Source: Vicugna vicugna (taxonomy: Eukaryota). From it: a stretch of 64,000 nt of DNA. A program made the position numbers and the translations under genes. Shown here in pieces: positions 1 through 12,150 of this stretch. The DNA lies in assembly GCA_013265495.1 (NCBI GenBank), contig MU061538.1:1941339-2005338 (forward strand). The letters run 5' to 3'. The notes below the pieces were generated by a model. The model was not told the origin of the DNA, searched no databases, and saw only the letters and a list, made by a program, of their open reading frames with translations. Numbering within the stretch: position 1 is the first letter of the stretch; each line of letters begins with the position of its first letter.

Positions 1-3000
1 TCCATCCTCCATGCTCTCCCACTGCAACCTTGGTGGTCTTTCCCCAGGGTCCACGCCAGAGTGCCCTGAGCCCCCTGACCTGGACTCACATTTATCTGAA
101 AACAGGCCAGCCCGCCCCCCATTGCCTTCCAGGACATTCCACTCTGAGACAGTTGAGTTGAAATCACATTTAAAGTGTTGCCACAAACACTGGGTCTGCG
201 GAGCAGTTTGAGAGCCATCGTTCTGCTGCGTTCATCAGTTAGACCAGGGTCACCTCAGAGTCCCGGCCACTGTGAGCTGGGCCGTCCTGCACCACGCTCT
301 GCTTGGAGCTGCCGCCCAGCGGTCGTGGGGAAGGCAGCCTCCCGGGAGCCTTCTCCCTGGCCCCGGAGCTGGACTCTTGTCACAGACACGTGGGAGGGTC
401 CGCGGTGCCCAGAGAAGCTGGCCCTTAAGGCCCTGGGCTTTGGACCCGCGTGGCTTTGGGGTGGGGATGGAGGTTGGGTTTCCTGGCTCCAGCCACCTCG
501 AGGCCAGTGATCCCAGTGGCTCCCGTGTTTCGCAGAGCCCAGGGGTCTTCCCTCGAAACCACTGGGTGCCGAGCTTCCTCCCTCTCAGAAAGCGCTCTTC
601 TGCTCCAGACCCCCGTGGTGGTCTCCCTCGGCCAGTGGGCTGCTTGGCCAAACCTGAAACGCGGGAGCCTCGCGGCGTGAAGCTGGGGCCCCACCTGCGT
701 CCTGGACGCTGGCCAGGCGCTCTCGCTGGCGGTGCTGATGTGGCGGCATCTCTGTCCTTCTGCTGTGAGCGTGCAGTGTGCGTGTGCTCAGCTTGGTGTT
801 TGAGAAGCACAGAAAAAGCACAAAAGAAGTGCCTGGCAGGTTGTGCAGAGAGGATGGGGCCGGCGGGGCTTCAGGTGCCAGCCGCCCCCGGGTCCCTGAC
901 ACGCTGGCCAAGGGCCACGCGTCCGTCTCCGGCCCTCCCCTGCTTTTCCTTTCCTTTTCTGTTCTTTTTCTCCAAGGATGGAGGGAGACACTGACGCTCA
1001 GGTTGTGCCCTCCGAGCTGAGGGTCCGGGGAGAGCCTCAGGGGGAGGGTGGGGGCGCCCCGAGAGTCTGTGTTCTGAGGGGTAGTGGCCTGAGCTGATCT
1101 TTCAAGTACAGTGTGGACAATTAACACACAAAGCGGCTGGTGTTGGTGTGGGCCATTCGTGCGTGTCCTGCCTGGCACTGGGGCCACTCTGGGAAGGGCG
1201 GCGTGGAAGGAGGGATGTGTGGGCCAGCTGCTAGGGCCAGGTCTTGCTTGGTGAGAAGGTTGAGGGGACCACTGTTGCACAGAGGACATTGCACAGAGGA
1301 TGGCCAGGGAGCCCCATGCGGTGGCTGCAGACGGTGCCCAGCGCACTCTGGGCCCCGCCGACGTGGGCTCGGAGGACAAGGCGGGGCCGCGTGTCCTCCA
1401 AGTAGCGTGCTGGCTCCGCTGCCCCGATCCCTGATGCAGCCCGAGGGCCGGGGCCGTCCTGTTCTGTTCCATGACTCTTCCCAAGTGCATCCCAGCAATG
1501 AAGCCCAGGCCACTGGTCCAGAAGTCTGGCTGAGCCCTGCCTGGGGGCTCGGAGCCCCTGGAAGTGCTGTCCTCAGGCCACGCCCAGGCTGCAGGGTTCA
1601 GGTTGGGCCTGCGGGGCCCTGGCCGCCTGCGGGACCCACTTTGCTGTGGCTCAGCTGTGCCATCTCATCCCCTCCGGCTCCTAGCCGGCCTTGCTTTGAG
1701 CCCTTGTTCTGTCTTCGCTTCCTGCTCACACACTCATGAGCAGGGGTGCCTGCCTCTAGGGTGGCTCCCTGGACCACAGACTCCCAGACGTGGCCTTCCA
1801 CTTGGCCACCTGCGGGGTGCTGGGAGAGGGGAACGGCAGGGGGCTGGCCCTTGGAGGGCAGGGTGAGGTGGGGGTCAGGGTTGGGCTCAGAGTTGGGGGG
1901 GTGGGGGTCAGGGTTGAGGTCGAGGTTAGGGTTGTGGGGGGAAGCTGTAGCAGGTGCAGCCATGCCATTTCCTGGGGTGCCCCTGACTTTGGGAGACCTG
2001 CCCCTTCTGATAGTTTTCTCCGATGAGCAGGAAGGGCAGGGACCGGGGGGGCCGTCCCAGGAAGGGGTTCTAACCCTCCTGGGTGGGGGCGCCTCTGAGG
2101 TGTGCGCTGCCTGGCTTCTGGAATGTCCCCGGTAGATATAGGCCCCAGCCACCCCAAGAGAAGACACCCGACTGTCTGCCCTTCCTCCAATGCTGCCCCC
2201 TCCCTCCCAGGTTTTGAGAACCTCCCCACGAAAGCTTCAGTCAGCCTCAGTCGCTGTAAGGCCCTTGTAGGCAAACTGCCCCCTGGCGTCCCTCCTGCCC
2301 CCGGAGGGACAGGGAGCCCCTCGGCTCTCCACCAGGCATGGGTGGGTAGCGGAACCCTCGGGGAGGGGACCCCCGTTTTCTCAGAGTCATGATCGAGCAG
2401 GGCCCATGCCAAGTGCTCACAGACTCAGTGGATTGTGGAACTCAGGCACCCCGACCTGGGGGTGCAGAGGGGAGGGCCGCGTGGTGTGGGGGTGATGAGA
2501 AAAGTCCCATTTGCCCCATTGTCATCCTCCTCATGGCGGCTGGAGGCCTGCTGCATTACTCGTTTTGAGGGCAGCCTACAAAACGAGGTGATGGAGATCG
2601 TGGGACTCAGTGACACACGATGCCTTAAGACCGCGAGCCCCAGGGACCTACGTGGCTTCGGTGGCTACATTCTCCCCCTGCAAGGTTCTCAGCGCCGTCT
2701 CCACTTTCCCCAGGAAGGAGCTCGGCTCAGCATGGCCTTGCTCGGCGGCGTTCTGTGAGCCCGAGCGCTCGCGGTCCTGCCTGCTGCGGGTCCTCTCAGC
2801 AGCGGGCGAGGGGAGGGGCTCTGCAGAGGCCGCCGGGCACTGGTGACAGGTGGCAGGTGAGGGGCCACTCCCTCCGCTGACATTTCCCCCGCGCTGTTAC
2901 AAAGCCACGTCTGCGCAGCAAAAGGCAGCCCCATTTCAGCACCGAGGTTACTGCTTTATTTTTACCAAACTGGGTTAACGGCAGTTTTGATAAATCACAG

Positions 3001-4384
3001 CAACACAGCACAGCACGATTTGGAGGCGGTTATTTTATGTTTGCTTTTTAAGCAAGTATTCATCCTCCTCTTCTACAAGTTACGAAAGCCAGACCTCCAC
3101 GAATGAGAGTGAAAGTGAATTTCTGTCCTTGTGATGGAGACCCAGAGTCTAGAAGCAGGGTCCGGGGTTCACTTGTACATCTGGGAGCTCCAAACTCTGC
3201 TCGCTGGCTGTGGCGTCAGCACACCCCAGGCAGGCACGCAGGGCACACTTGTTAAGTGGATGAGCAGTAAGCAAAAACGAAGAGCCCGAAGGATTCTTTG
3301 CCTCGACTGCGTGTGAGACATGCCAAGTTCTCGGCACACCTTCAAGTTCCCGTAGAGAAAGTAACGTCAGCCAGTAACTATGAGGATGAGACCTCTGTCT
3401 GGTTTAGACCAGGCTCTGATGCTTTTTTGTTAAATGCTTTTAACAATTTTGGGGGGTAAATAGGGCCACTTTAATTACCTTCATGTCAGAAGCACAGAAG
3501 ATGAGACGTAGAGAATGTCAGTGACAGTTTTGACAAATTAGTATTCCTGTAATTTGAGATAAGTCAAATTATCGATAGACCCACCACATCCTGTTACATA
3601 ATGCACATCGGGTGACTGTGGCCTCCTGGAACCATGCAGTACACAACCTGCACAACTGTACATGGGACCCTGTTTGCTAACAAGATGAGAGGGGTGGGCT
3701 GTTGTGCTAGGCCAGCTAGGAGGCAGAGGGGAATTCAGTGATTTTCAGACTGCAGGCTGCCGCCAACTAGGGGGCCACAAATCAGTATAGTGGGGTGAAA
3801 CCAGCTTGGAAAAATATACGTAAAAATCAGAGTACATCTTATAGAAAAGGAAACTATTGTCTTGTGACACTTTGTGTAATGAGTTGCAATGTGAAAAGTG
3901 GGTCATGTCCAAAAAATTGAAAGCCACCGTAGCAGATGGCTGTTCTCAGCATGAAACAGTGGCCTAAAGATATTTCATTTGGGAAGATCATTAGTACCCA
4001 AGCAACGCCACGAGAATTCCTGGCTCCCTATGTGGAACAACCAGAACGTCTCCTCCGAGGCCAGACGTACGGCAGGAACAGTGTCGGGTTTGGTGGTCTG
4101 TACATTCTACAGGCCGAGGTACCGGGGCACCATGGGCACCATGGGCACCACTGATGTCTTCCTGGCCAATGGTGGCCCCAGCAGCCTGGCTCCTGGCTCG
4201 TGGCTGCTGCAGCTCAGGAGCTGTGTCCTGGAATGAACTGTGGCCACCCTGAGTCAACACACCAGGTGCACGTTCAGCCCGTGCCGAGTGTGGTGTAGAC
4301 TAGAGAAGGAGCTCTGACCCTGATGGAGGTAGCGTTCTGACCCAGAGAACACGGAAGGATCCACTGTGAACACCGCATGCAGTA

Positions 4385-5070
4385 GCAATGAGAAATATAT
4401 TTGGTCTTTGTCCCCAGTTCCTGGGACAGAGCTTTGAAATCCTTGTAATGGCCCCGGTTAGGGGCTGAGGGGAGCATCTTTCAATCGGACCTGAGTTTAT
4501 GCTGATAAGGTGGCTCTGGCCTTGACAGGCCCACCCCGACCTGAGGGAGGGGAGAGGGCTAGACTGCATCAGTCACCAATGGCCACGGGTTTAACCAGCA
4601 ATGTCTAGATAATGGAATCTCCATAGCAACCCCCAGATGAAGGGGTCCAGGGAGCGTCTGGGCTGGGGAACAGTGTGGGTGCTGGGAGGGTGCTGCGCCC
4701 ACAGAGGGCCCACAGCTGTGGGCATCCCCTCACCCCGCTGTTCCCGAGGTGTGTCCTTTACAATAAACAGGTTGTGGGGAAGAAACTGCTTCCCTCAGTT
4801 CTGTGAGTTGTTCCAGCAAATTACCACACCTGAAGGGAGTGGGAAGAGGGGTCATGGGAGCCCTGAGCTCTAGCCATCAGTCAGAAGCGCAGGTGATAAC
4901 CTGGACCTGCGACTGGCGTCGCAATGGGGGCAGTCCCCATCCCCTGTGGGGTCTGCAGGAACCCCGGGGAGTCAGTATCAGAACTGGGTTGACTCCTAGG
5001 ACCCCCCACTGTTGTCCAGGGAGAACCGGGGAACTGCCTGTTGGTGTGGAAAGAACCCCCCGTGGCGCTG
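4385..5070 (+). mobile_element. MER21-like solo LTR
   Basis: Begins gagaaatatatttggtctttgtccccagttcctgg; internal aataaa and ttccctcagttctgtgagttgttccagcaaatta resemble MER21 as I recall it. Confidence 0.65.
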
Positions 5071-7641
5071 GCAGTGCAGGGGCGGCACCCGCTCAGACCA
5101 CGTGTCAGACCAGCCGGTCCGCGGCGCTGGTTGCCCTTCCCGGCAGGGCCAGCAGGGGGCCCTTTCCCCCAGGGCTTCCCGTCCAGGCCAGCGCCTCAGC
5201 AAGGGGCAACCCGCCCTCCCCGCCAGGCCACGGGGGTTAAGCATTCAGGCTGCCCCCAGGGGATGTGGGGGGGGGCGACAAGAAATTAAAAGGGAGAGAG
5301 ATTACTTTTAATCCTCTCGGTGGGCGTTGAAACAGTGAGGGGAGAACCCAGCTGCTAAAAGTTTGTCCTGTGAGACTGAGGCGCCAAGGACAGACTTTGC
5401 CACCAGGAGCAGGCACTTATGCACCACACGTTTTTCTCTCCTAAATAAGAAAGTCACTTTAATCCCAGAGACTGCTTCTCCAGTTAAAGGTGCTCAGATT
5501 TTCACGATGCTTGACATTGTGGGTGAGTGGAATTCAGGCTTGATGTCAACTTCTGCTGCTCCAGGGGTTTCAAACTGGACAAGGGGAATTGTGGAAAGTG
5601 GGTGTCCCGTGTGTCCTGACGGACGTCCTGATGTGGTGAGGTCCGCTGGGACTTCTCTGGGATCTCATCCAAGGGGCACCTCTCCCCCACTGTTACCTGT
5701 GTGCTCTGCAGCCCCGGCACCCTCTTACTTGGGCATGGACTTGAAAATGAAAGGAACAAGTATTAACTTTGCTTGGAGAATCTTTTTGGAAATGGCACAA
5801 ACTTCCCTGTTTTCCCCTTCTCTCTCTGATGGGCATGTCCCAGGTTGAACACAGAGCAGTTCCATCTGCTTGCCAACCGAAAACACGTCAGGTTCTGAAC
5901 TGCCCAGTCCTGGCCTGTCCCTCTCAGGCTGTGGGTGGGTCGGGAGCTGAGGAAGAGAGTCACAGGCACCTGCTGTCCGGGCTTTAGTGCCTTTGGGGCA
6001 GACACCTTGGAAACCCAGTTCTGCAGTTGCCTGCACGCGGTTATGCCCGTTCCCAAGGCACCGCGTGTGTGTTGTCTCTGTGCAGTTTAGTCTTAGCTCC
6101 TCCGACAGGGCAGAAGGTCCCTGGAGACGACCTGCTGTCTGAGCCGTACGTAAGTAGGCTTGGATGGGTACCCACTGGAGATATTTTTGGTTTTGTTGAG
6201 TGATAAGGGAGACACTGGTGTGGTTAACTGAGGAGGAGATGGTTGGTGACATAAGATAAAGTCCTGGTCCCCAGATGGTCTGAGAACCATTTGGAAAGAC
6301 AATGACCCAGAGGAAGAAGCAGCCCCAGGCCGTCCGTGGAGAAGCCGCAGAGCGGATGAACTTTCTTTGTTCCATACAGATCAGCTACTAAAGAAAAGCA
6401 AGCGGAACTTCCAGAACCAATCTCTTTTCTCCTCCCTAAATTTCAGTATCGCTTTTGGTGATGGAATGTCCTACCAGACGTTGATCTGAGTGAACTCCTG
6501 TTTAGTATTTTGAACAGGTGTTGACACACATTCTGTTTCACTTCCCAGAGCGGTCACCTGAGATCCAAGCTGCCTCGGACCTCACACTTGAGCACACGAC
6601 ACATGAGGGAGCCGGGTGGTTCATGGGGAAGGGGGGCTGGCCCCGCAGGTCTGCCTGCTGCTCCCGGACACCCATGGCTGACAGCGTCCAGAGGCTCAAG
6701 GCTCAGCTCTCCAAGGAACTAATGAGGACAGCCCCCTTTCCCTGCTGACGAGGCATCTCCCTGGAGCTCCGTCCCTCTAGCCGTCACCCGCTCTGCCCCG
6801 CGCTCTCCCTGGGAGTTCCTGTTGGCTGCCTGCCCGCCAGATGCTGAGGCTCTGAAAGCAGCTGGAGTTCCCAAAGCCTCGGCGGAGGAGCTCTGAAGAA
6901 ACAGACAAATCAGGAGGGATCCCGCCTCGGAATGCAGGGCCTGGATCCCAGCCCCCGGGGGAGAGGACAAGACAGGCGGGATTCAACAGTCTGGGAAGAA
7001 TCAGGACCAGCCAGCAAAGGTGGACAGTGCTCCCGGGCCCGGCTGTGCGTGCAGCCAGTCCTCAGTCCGGGATCTGACGGCCTCTTGTGCCATCCGGACA
7101 CTGTTAAATGTTATCTAAACCTCCCAGACCCCAGTGTCATCACTAGTCTAATCACCCATGTGCCAAGTTCACACAGCTCGGACGGGAGGAAATTCTTTAC
7201 TTTAGCTTAATATTAAGCAACAGAGGCTAGGGCCGAATGTGGACAACACTCCTTGAATTTCGATTTAAAAAAATAAACATTCAACATGGAAGGCAGAGAA
7301 GATTGATTGTCAAGAATTTTGGCACAGCGTGACCCAACGTTTTTCTTTTAAAGAGTCCACCTACGACAAGAAGCCGGCTCACAGAGGGTCAGCGGTCACC
7401 CGCTTGGCAGCATCGCTCGCTCTCCACGCAGGCCGGTAGGGCGGCGGTGCGCCCGCGGGGCGAGGCCAGGGGCTGGGTGGGGCTTGTCGGCGAGGATGCC
7501 GCAACGTGCTGCCCAGAGGCGGCGGCCTGGACACGGCCACGAGCAAGACCAGGCACCGGGGCGGCCAGGCAGCCAGGCCGGTGGGCATGGCCTTTTCCCA
7601 TCAGAACTACTGGGCAGAGATCTCTACCAGGGAGCCTGGCT

Positions 7642-7849
7642 CCGTGCTTCTCCGCGGGGGGGGGGGGGTTCTTGCTCCCCAGGAGACCTTAGACGATGTC
7701 TGGAGACAGTTCTGGTTTTCCCAACACGGGGAAGGGGTGTTCCTGGCGTCCGTGGGTGGAGCCCAGGGACACTGTAAGCGCAGGACAGCCCCCACCGCAA
7801 CGGGCTATCTCGTCTTAAATGTCAGGAGCCCCAACGTTGAGAAGCCCTG
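7642..7849 (+). mobile_element. MER20 (hAT-Charlie) DNA transposon remnant
   Basis: gatgtctggagacagttctggtt...caggacagccccc...aaatgtcagg...gttgagaagccctg matches the MER20 layout. Confidence 0.7.
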
Positions 7850-8091
7850 TTCTGTGGAGGTCAGGAATTTTTTTCACTCAGATCGGGAATTCCGGTGATG
7901 GAGAAAGAGGTGGCTGTAAGTCTCCAACGAACGGCCCCCCTGGAGCTGTGCCGCTGTCTCACGGCTAAAAACCTTGGTGGACGGTGGTGGACCTCGCCTG
8001 CGCTCAGATCCAGGAGGGCGAGAGTGGCCCAGCAGCAGGCGTAAAGGAGTTAGGGTGCGTGAAAAAGCCACACCCACAGCTGGTGAGGCCG

Positions 8092-8480
8092 TGCACTGGG
8101 TTGCGCAGCACCACGCGCCCCGATTTCACGTCCACCCAGAGCCTCAGAATTGGATTTCCTTGAAAATGAGATCTTCGTACATAGTCTTAGTTAAGATGAG
8201 GTTAAGACGGGCCCCGATCCCGTGACTGCAGTCCTTCCAAGAAGGTCAGCGGACACAGAGAGACACACAGAGGGGAGATGGAGGGAGAACCAGGAGCAAA
8301 GCAGCAAGGAGCCAAGGACAGCGCGGTCTGGAGGGAGAGCTCTCCCAGAGCCTCCGGGAGAGCGTGGTCCAGCGACCAGCCACAGGCTCCCGTCTCCCTG
8401 GGCCCTCCTCCCAGCACGCTCTCTGCCCGGTGGGCCCCTGGGCTCCGAAGCCTGGTGTTCACTGCTCGGGCAGCTGTCTC
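8092..8480 (+). mobile_element. MLT1 (ERVL-MaLR) LTR remnant
   Basis: ttagttaagatgaggt...gacacagagagacacacagagggg...gagccaagga...tctcccagagcctcc motifs. Confidence 0.55.
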
Positions 8481-9687
8481 CGTGATGGGTGCAGAACCTC
8501 TGTGTGTAGCCAGCTCTCTAACAACAGAGACACACTTTCAGAGACAGAGATGGCGATGCTCTGGGAACGTGGTGCCCTGTGGAAGGGCCTGGAGACCACT
8601 TCATCTTCAGGCTTGACTCTGGATGAAGCCCTCCCGCAACTAAAGTCACCTGCTGGGGCGTGGGGGGCCCTGATCCACGGCTTTCAAGTGCTGGGCTGGA
8701 GCATGCCTTCTCCCCAATCCATGTGACCTCCACAGTGGGGACAGCCCCTGGGCCCCCCGCAGAGCTCAGCGTGGGACAGAAGGAAAAGTGACTTGGGACT
8801 GAAGAGGCCCCTCAGGGGCCCTCCTCGTGAGAAAATGAACTGAGAGGAGGGACGGGAGGGTTGGGGTGGGCCAAGCCCTGACAGAGATTTCAAAATTTGT
8901 CTCAAGAGAGGCCTCATTCCCCTGCCCCTTGTTTAAGTCACTTGAAAAAGTAGTTAGGCTCTTGGGCTCCTCTCACGGCTGCATCCTGAGCCATCTGGGA
9001 ACACTAGCGGGAAGGAGGCCTCTCCGGCCACCTGGCTTGGCGGAGGCTGGTCCGTCTGGAGAGCTCCACGTGCAAATGTAGCCCTCAGAGTCGCGTCTAA
9101 CGCTTCAGAGGGCTGCCGGGTGCCACCAGCAGGGTCAGCTGCTCAGCCAGGCAGCTCTGTGGCTGACCTGCGTCCCAGGGAGAGAGCCAAGCTCCTGACA
9201 GAGGGCTCAGGTGATGTCACCCAGAGGCTGGGTCGCCAGGGGCCCCTAGAGACCCCTAAACGATCAGGGAAGGGAGCCGGGAGCCCCGACAGGCTTTGAG
9301 CAGTTTCCAGGTGGTACATACACAAACCAGACTGGAAGACACTCATATCTGATGACTCTTCTTTGGGCTTCCAATTTTTTTCATTAAAAATCTTAAATTA
9401 CGGAAGTAACATGGTAATTTTAACTAGAGATACACAGGAAAAAAGCTTGTAATTCCCCTGCCCCCTGGCCCCGCTGGCTTTCCTCCCCATCTGAGGACCT
9501 GGGGTAAGACCACACCGTCCTCAGCGCCCCCACACTCACCCAGACTTGCACGACGTACACGTCGGATGGTTTTTAGTTTTTGTCTTTTTGCCATTTGAAA
9601 ATCATAATAAATCATGCTATATATGTTCCTCCAAGGAGTGTGGGAATGTTAAATAAATTTAAACACTAATTTTAAATGCTTTCCTCA

Positions 9688-10060
9688 GGCTGCAGACTGA
9701 ATTGTTGCCCCCTTCCCCCCCGCGCACACCAACTCACTTGCTGAAGCCCGGCTGCCCTGCATGGCCGTGATGGAGAGGGGGACCTGCTTCAGGTTAATGA
9801 GGTCATAGGGTGGGGCCTCCCCCGATGGGACTGGTGTCCTTTGAAGAAAAGAAAGAGAACCAAAGTGTGGTCTTTGTCCGCCACGTGAGGTCACAGAGAC
9901 CAGGTGGCCGTCTGCAACCCGGGAGAAGGGGCCTCCCCAGGAACCGAATCAGCGCCTCCTTGATCTCGGACGCCCAGCCTCCAGAACTGTGAGAAATATA
10001 CCTCTATTGTTTAATCCACCCAATTTGTGGCGTTTTGTTATGATTGCCTGAGCCAAGACA
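9688..10060 (+). mobile_element. MLT1A-like MaLR solo LTR
   Basis: atgaggtcatagggtggggcc...tgatctcggacgcccagcctccagaactgtgagaaat...ttgttatg...gccaagaca; ctca flanks both ends. Confidence 0.8.
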
Positions 10061-10129
10061 CTCACTTAACAGAAATACGTCAGGTCACTGGACAGAGACC
10101 CAGCCCTAGTCCACGAGGCCACCGTCCTA

Positions 10130-12150
10130 CGTGAACCCTGGGCTGTTTCCAGTTTGTGGTCACATTGCGACCAGCCTCCTTGACGACATGCGCCCGAGGA
10201 CAGACTCTCCAGAGGGCAGGGGCCAAAGACTATGCACTTCTTCTTTTTTTTTCATTGTATATCATTTACTTGCTAATGCATTTTTAACAACCAAAAAATG
10301 AACTTTTATAGAAAACACATTTTCATCTTGAATTTTTGTATATTAACAACATTACCTATAAACTGTATTATAGCATTTTATACGTAAGCTCTATATTACA
10401 GCATTTCAGCAATAATCAAGTTTGGACTAAATATTCTTGTAACTGAGCTTCATTGTAATCAAATAGTGCTCCATAAAAATTTTTTTGGTAAGTTTTGGGA
10501 CTCAAAGAGGGCACTTCTGCCCTTGAGCCAAAGTCGTCAGATTACTTTCCCCAAAGGTTGTCACGTTTCACGTTCCTGCTGGTGATGCTCGGTGCTTTCT
10601 GGCCTTTTTGTCGGCATCGGATAATATCTCTATTTCCTTTCTGGTCGTCTGATACGGAGCCGGCATTTCGTCCTCGTCTCCGCTTCCCTTCACCGCTGCC
10701 TAGGGAGGTGACGCGTGTTTTCACAAGCACGTGGCTCACTTAGAGCTCCTGGGCTTCAAGATGCTTCTTTGTGTCCTTTACCACTTTTTGTTGGGTTGTT
10801 TGTCTTTTTTTTCCCCCTTTCCTTCTTTTTTCTTTCTCTTTTTTCTCTTTCTTTCTTTTTTAATCGAATTACAGTTGACTTACAATGTTTCAGGTGTACA
10901 GCAAAGTGATTCAGTTATACATACGTACTCTTTTTCAGATTCCTTTCCATTATAGGTTATTACAAAGTTATAGAATACAGTTCCCTGTGCTGTACAGTAG
11001 GACCTTGTTGTTTATCTATTTTGTATATAGTAGTTAGTATCTGTTAATCCCAAACTCCTAATTTATCCCTTCCCTCCCTTTCCCCATTGGTAACCAGTTT
11101 GTTTTCTATGTCTGTGAGTCTATTTCCAGTTTATAAATAGTTCATTTGTACCATTTTTTTAGATTCCACATATAAGTCATATCATATGATATATGTCTTT
11201 TTTCTCTATCTTAGTATGAGAATCTCTAGTCCCGCCCATGTTGCTGCAAATGGCATTATTTCATTCTTTTTTATGGCTGAGTAATATTCCACTGTGTGTG
11301 TATGTATATATATAAATACAGTCATCTGTATATGGACGTTTAGGTTGCTTCCATGTCCTGGCTATTGTAAATAGTGCTGCTACAAACATTGGGGTGCATG
11401 TATCTTTTCAAATTAGAGGTTTCTCTGGATATATGCCCAGGAGTAGGATTACTGTATCATAGGGTAAGTTTATTTTCAGTTTTTTGAGGAATCTCCATAC
11501 TGTTTTCCATGGTGTCTGCACCAAACTACACTCCCACCAGCAGTGTAGGAGGGTTCCCTTTTCTCCGCAGCCTCTCCAGCATTTACCATTTGTGGACTTT
11601 TTGATGATGGCCATTCTGACTGGTGTGAGGTGATACCTCATTGCAGTTTTGATTTGCGTTTCCCTGATAATTAGTGATGTTGAGCATCTTCCCATGTACC
11701 TGTTGGTCATCCATGTGTCTTCATTGGAGAAATGTCTATTGAGGTCTTCCGCCCATCTTCTGTTGGGTTGTCTGTCTTTTGCGTTATGATTTCCCAAGTC
11801 ATCATGCAGGAACGGGAGCACTTGTCCACCCTGCAAGCTGCCCATGTGTGTTCCTGGTTAGGATTTGTCTGCAGCTTTGCAACCTTTGCCGCACAGACAG
11901 CCTCTTCCCATGATGGCTCTGGGTGTCTCATCTTGTTTAAGAATGCCTCCTCCCTTTGTCATACTAATAGTTTTTAAAAATTTTCTTCCAATAGTTTGTG
12001 CTTTTGTGTTTAAACATTGAATCTGTATGGAACCAGGTTTTTGGATATGGTGTGAGGTACAGGCTGGATTTCTTCTCTCCCAGCTGAAAGCAAGTCACAT
12101 GTGCTAGCACCATTCATTAAACAAACCATACTCCCCTCCCCATCGAATTA
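10130..12150 (-). mobile_element. Ancient L1 (L1M-type) remnant hosting two younger insertions
   Basis: Degenerate antisense L1 motifs (gattactttccccaaaggttg; tttggatatggtgtgaggta; ctagcaccattcattaaa) on both sides of the inserts. Confidence 0.55.
10809..11760 (-). mobile_element. 5'-truncated younger LINE-1 (ORF2 C-terminus, 3'UTR, A-rich tail)
   Basis: ORF 11408-11845(-) contains [10 protein letters not shown]...[13 protein letters not shown]...[22 protein letters not shown], the L1 ORF2p C-terminus. T-rich tail 10805-10861; 20-bp flanking duplication (10789-10808 / 11761-11780, 1 mismatch). Confidence 0.93.

Noticed and set aside
272..2412. Long overlapping ORFs (240, 301, 199, 218 aa), and similar ones throughout the GC-rich regions
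   Set aside because: Pro/Gly/Arg/Ala-rich, present on both strands, no recognisable domain; expected from stop-codon depletion at high GC.
4124..4150. (GGGCACCAT)x3 giving GHHGHHGHH in a short ORF
   Set aside because: A simple 9-bp tandem repeat with no support for coding.
11408..11845. 145-aa ORF as a host gene
   Set aside because: It is a truncated LINE-1 ORF2 remnant.
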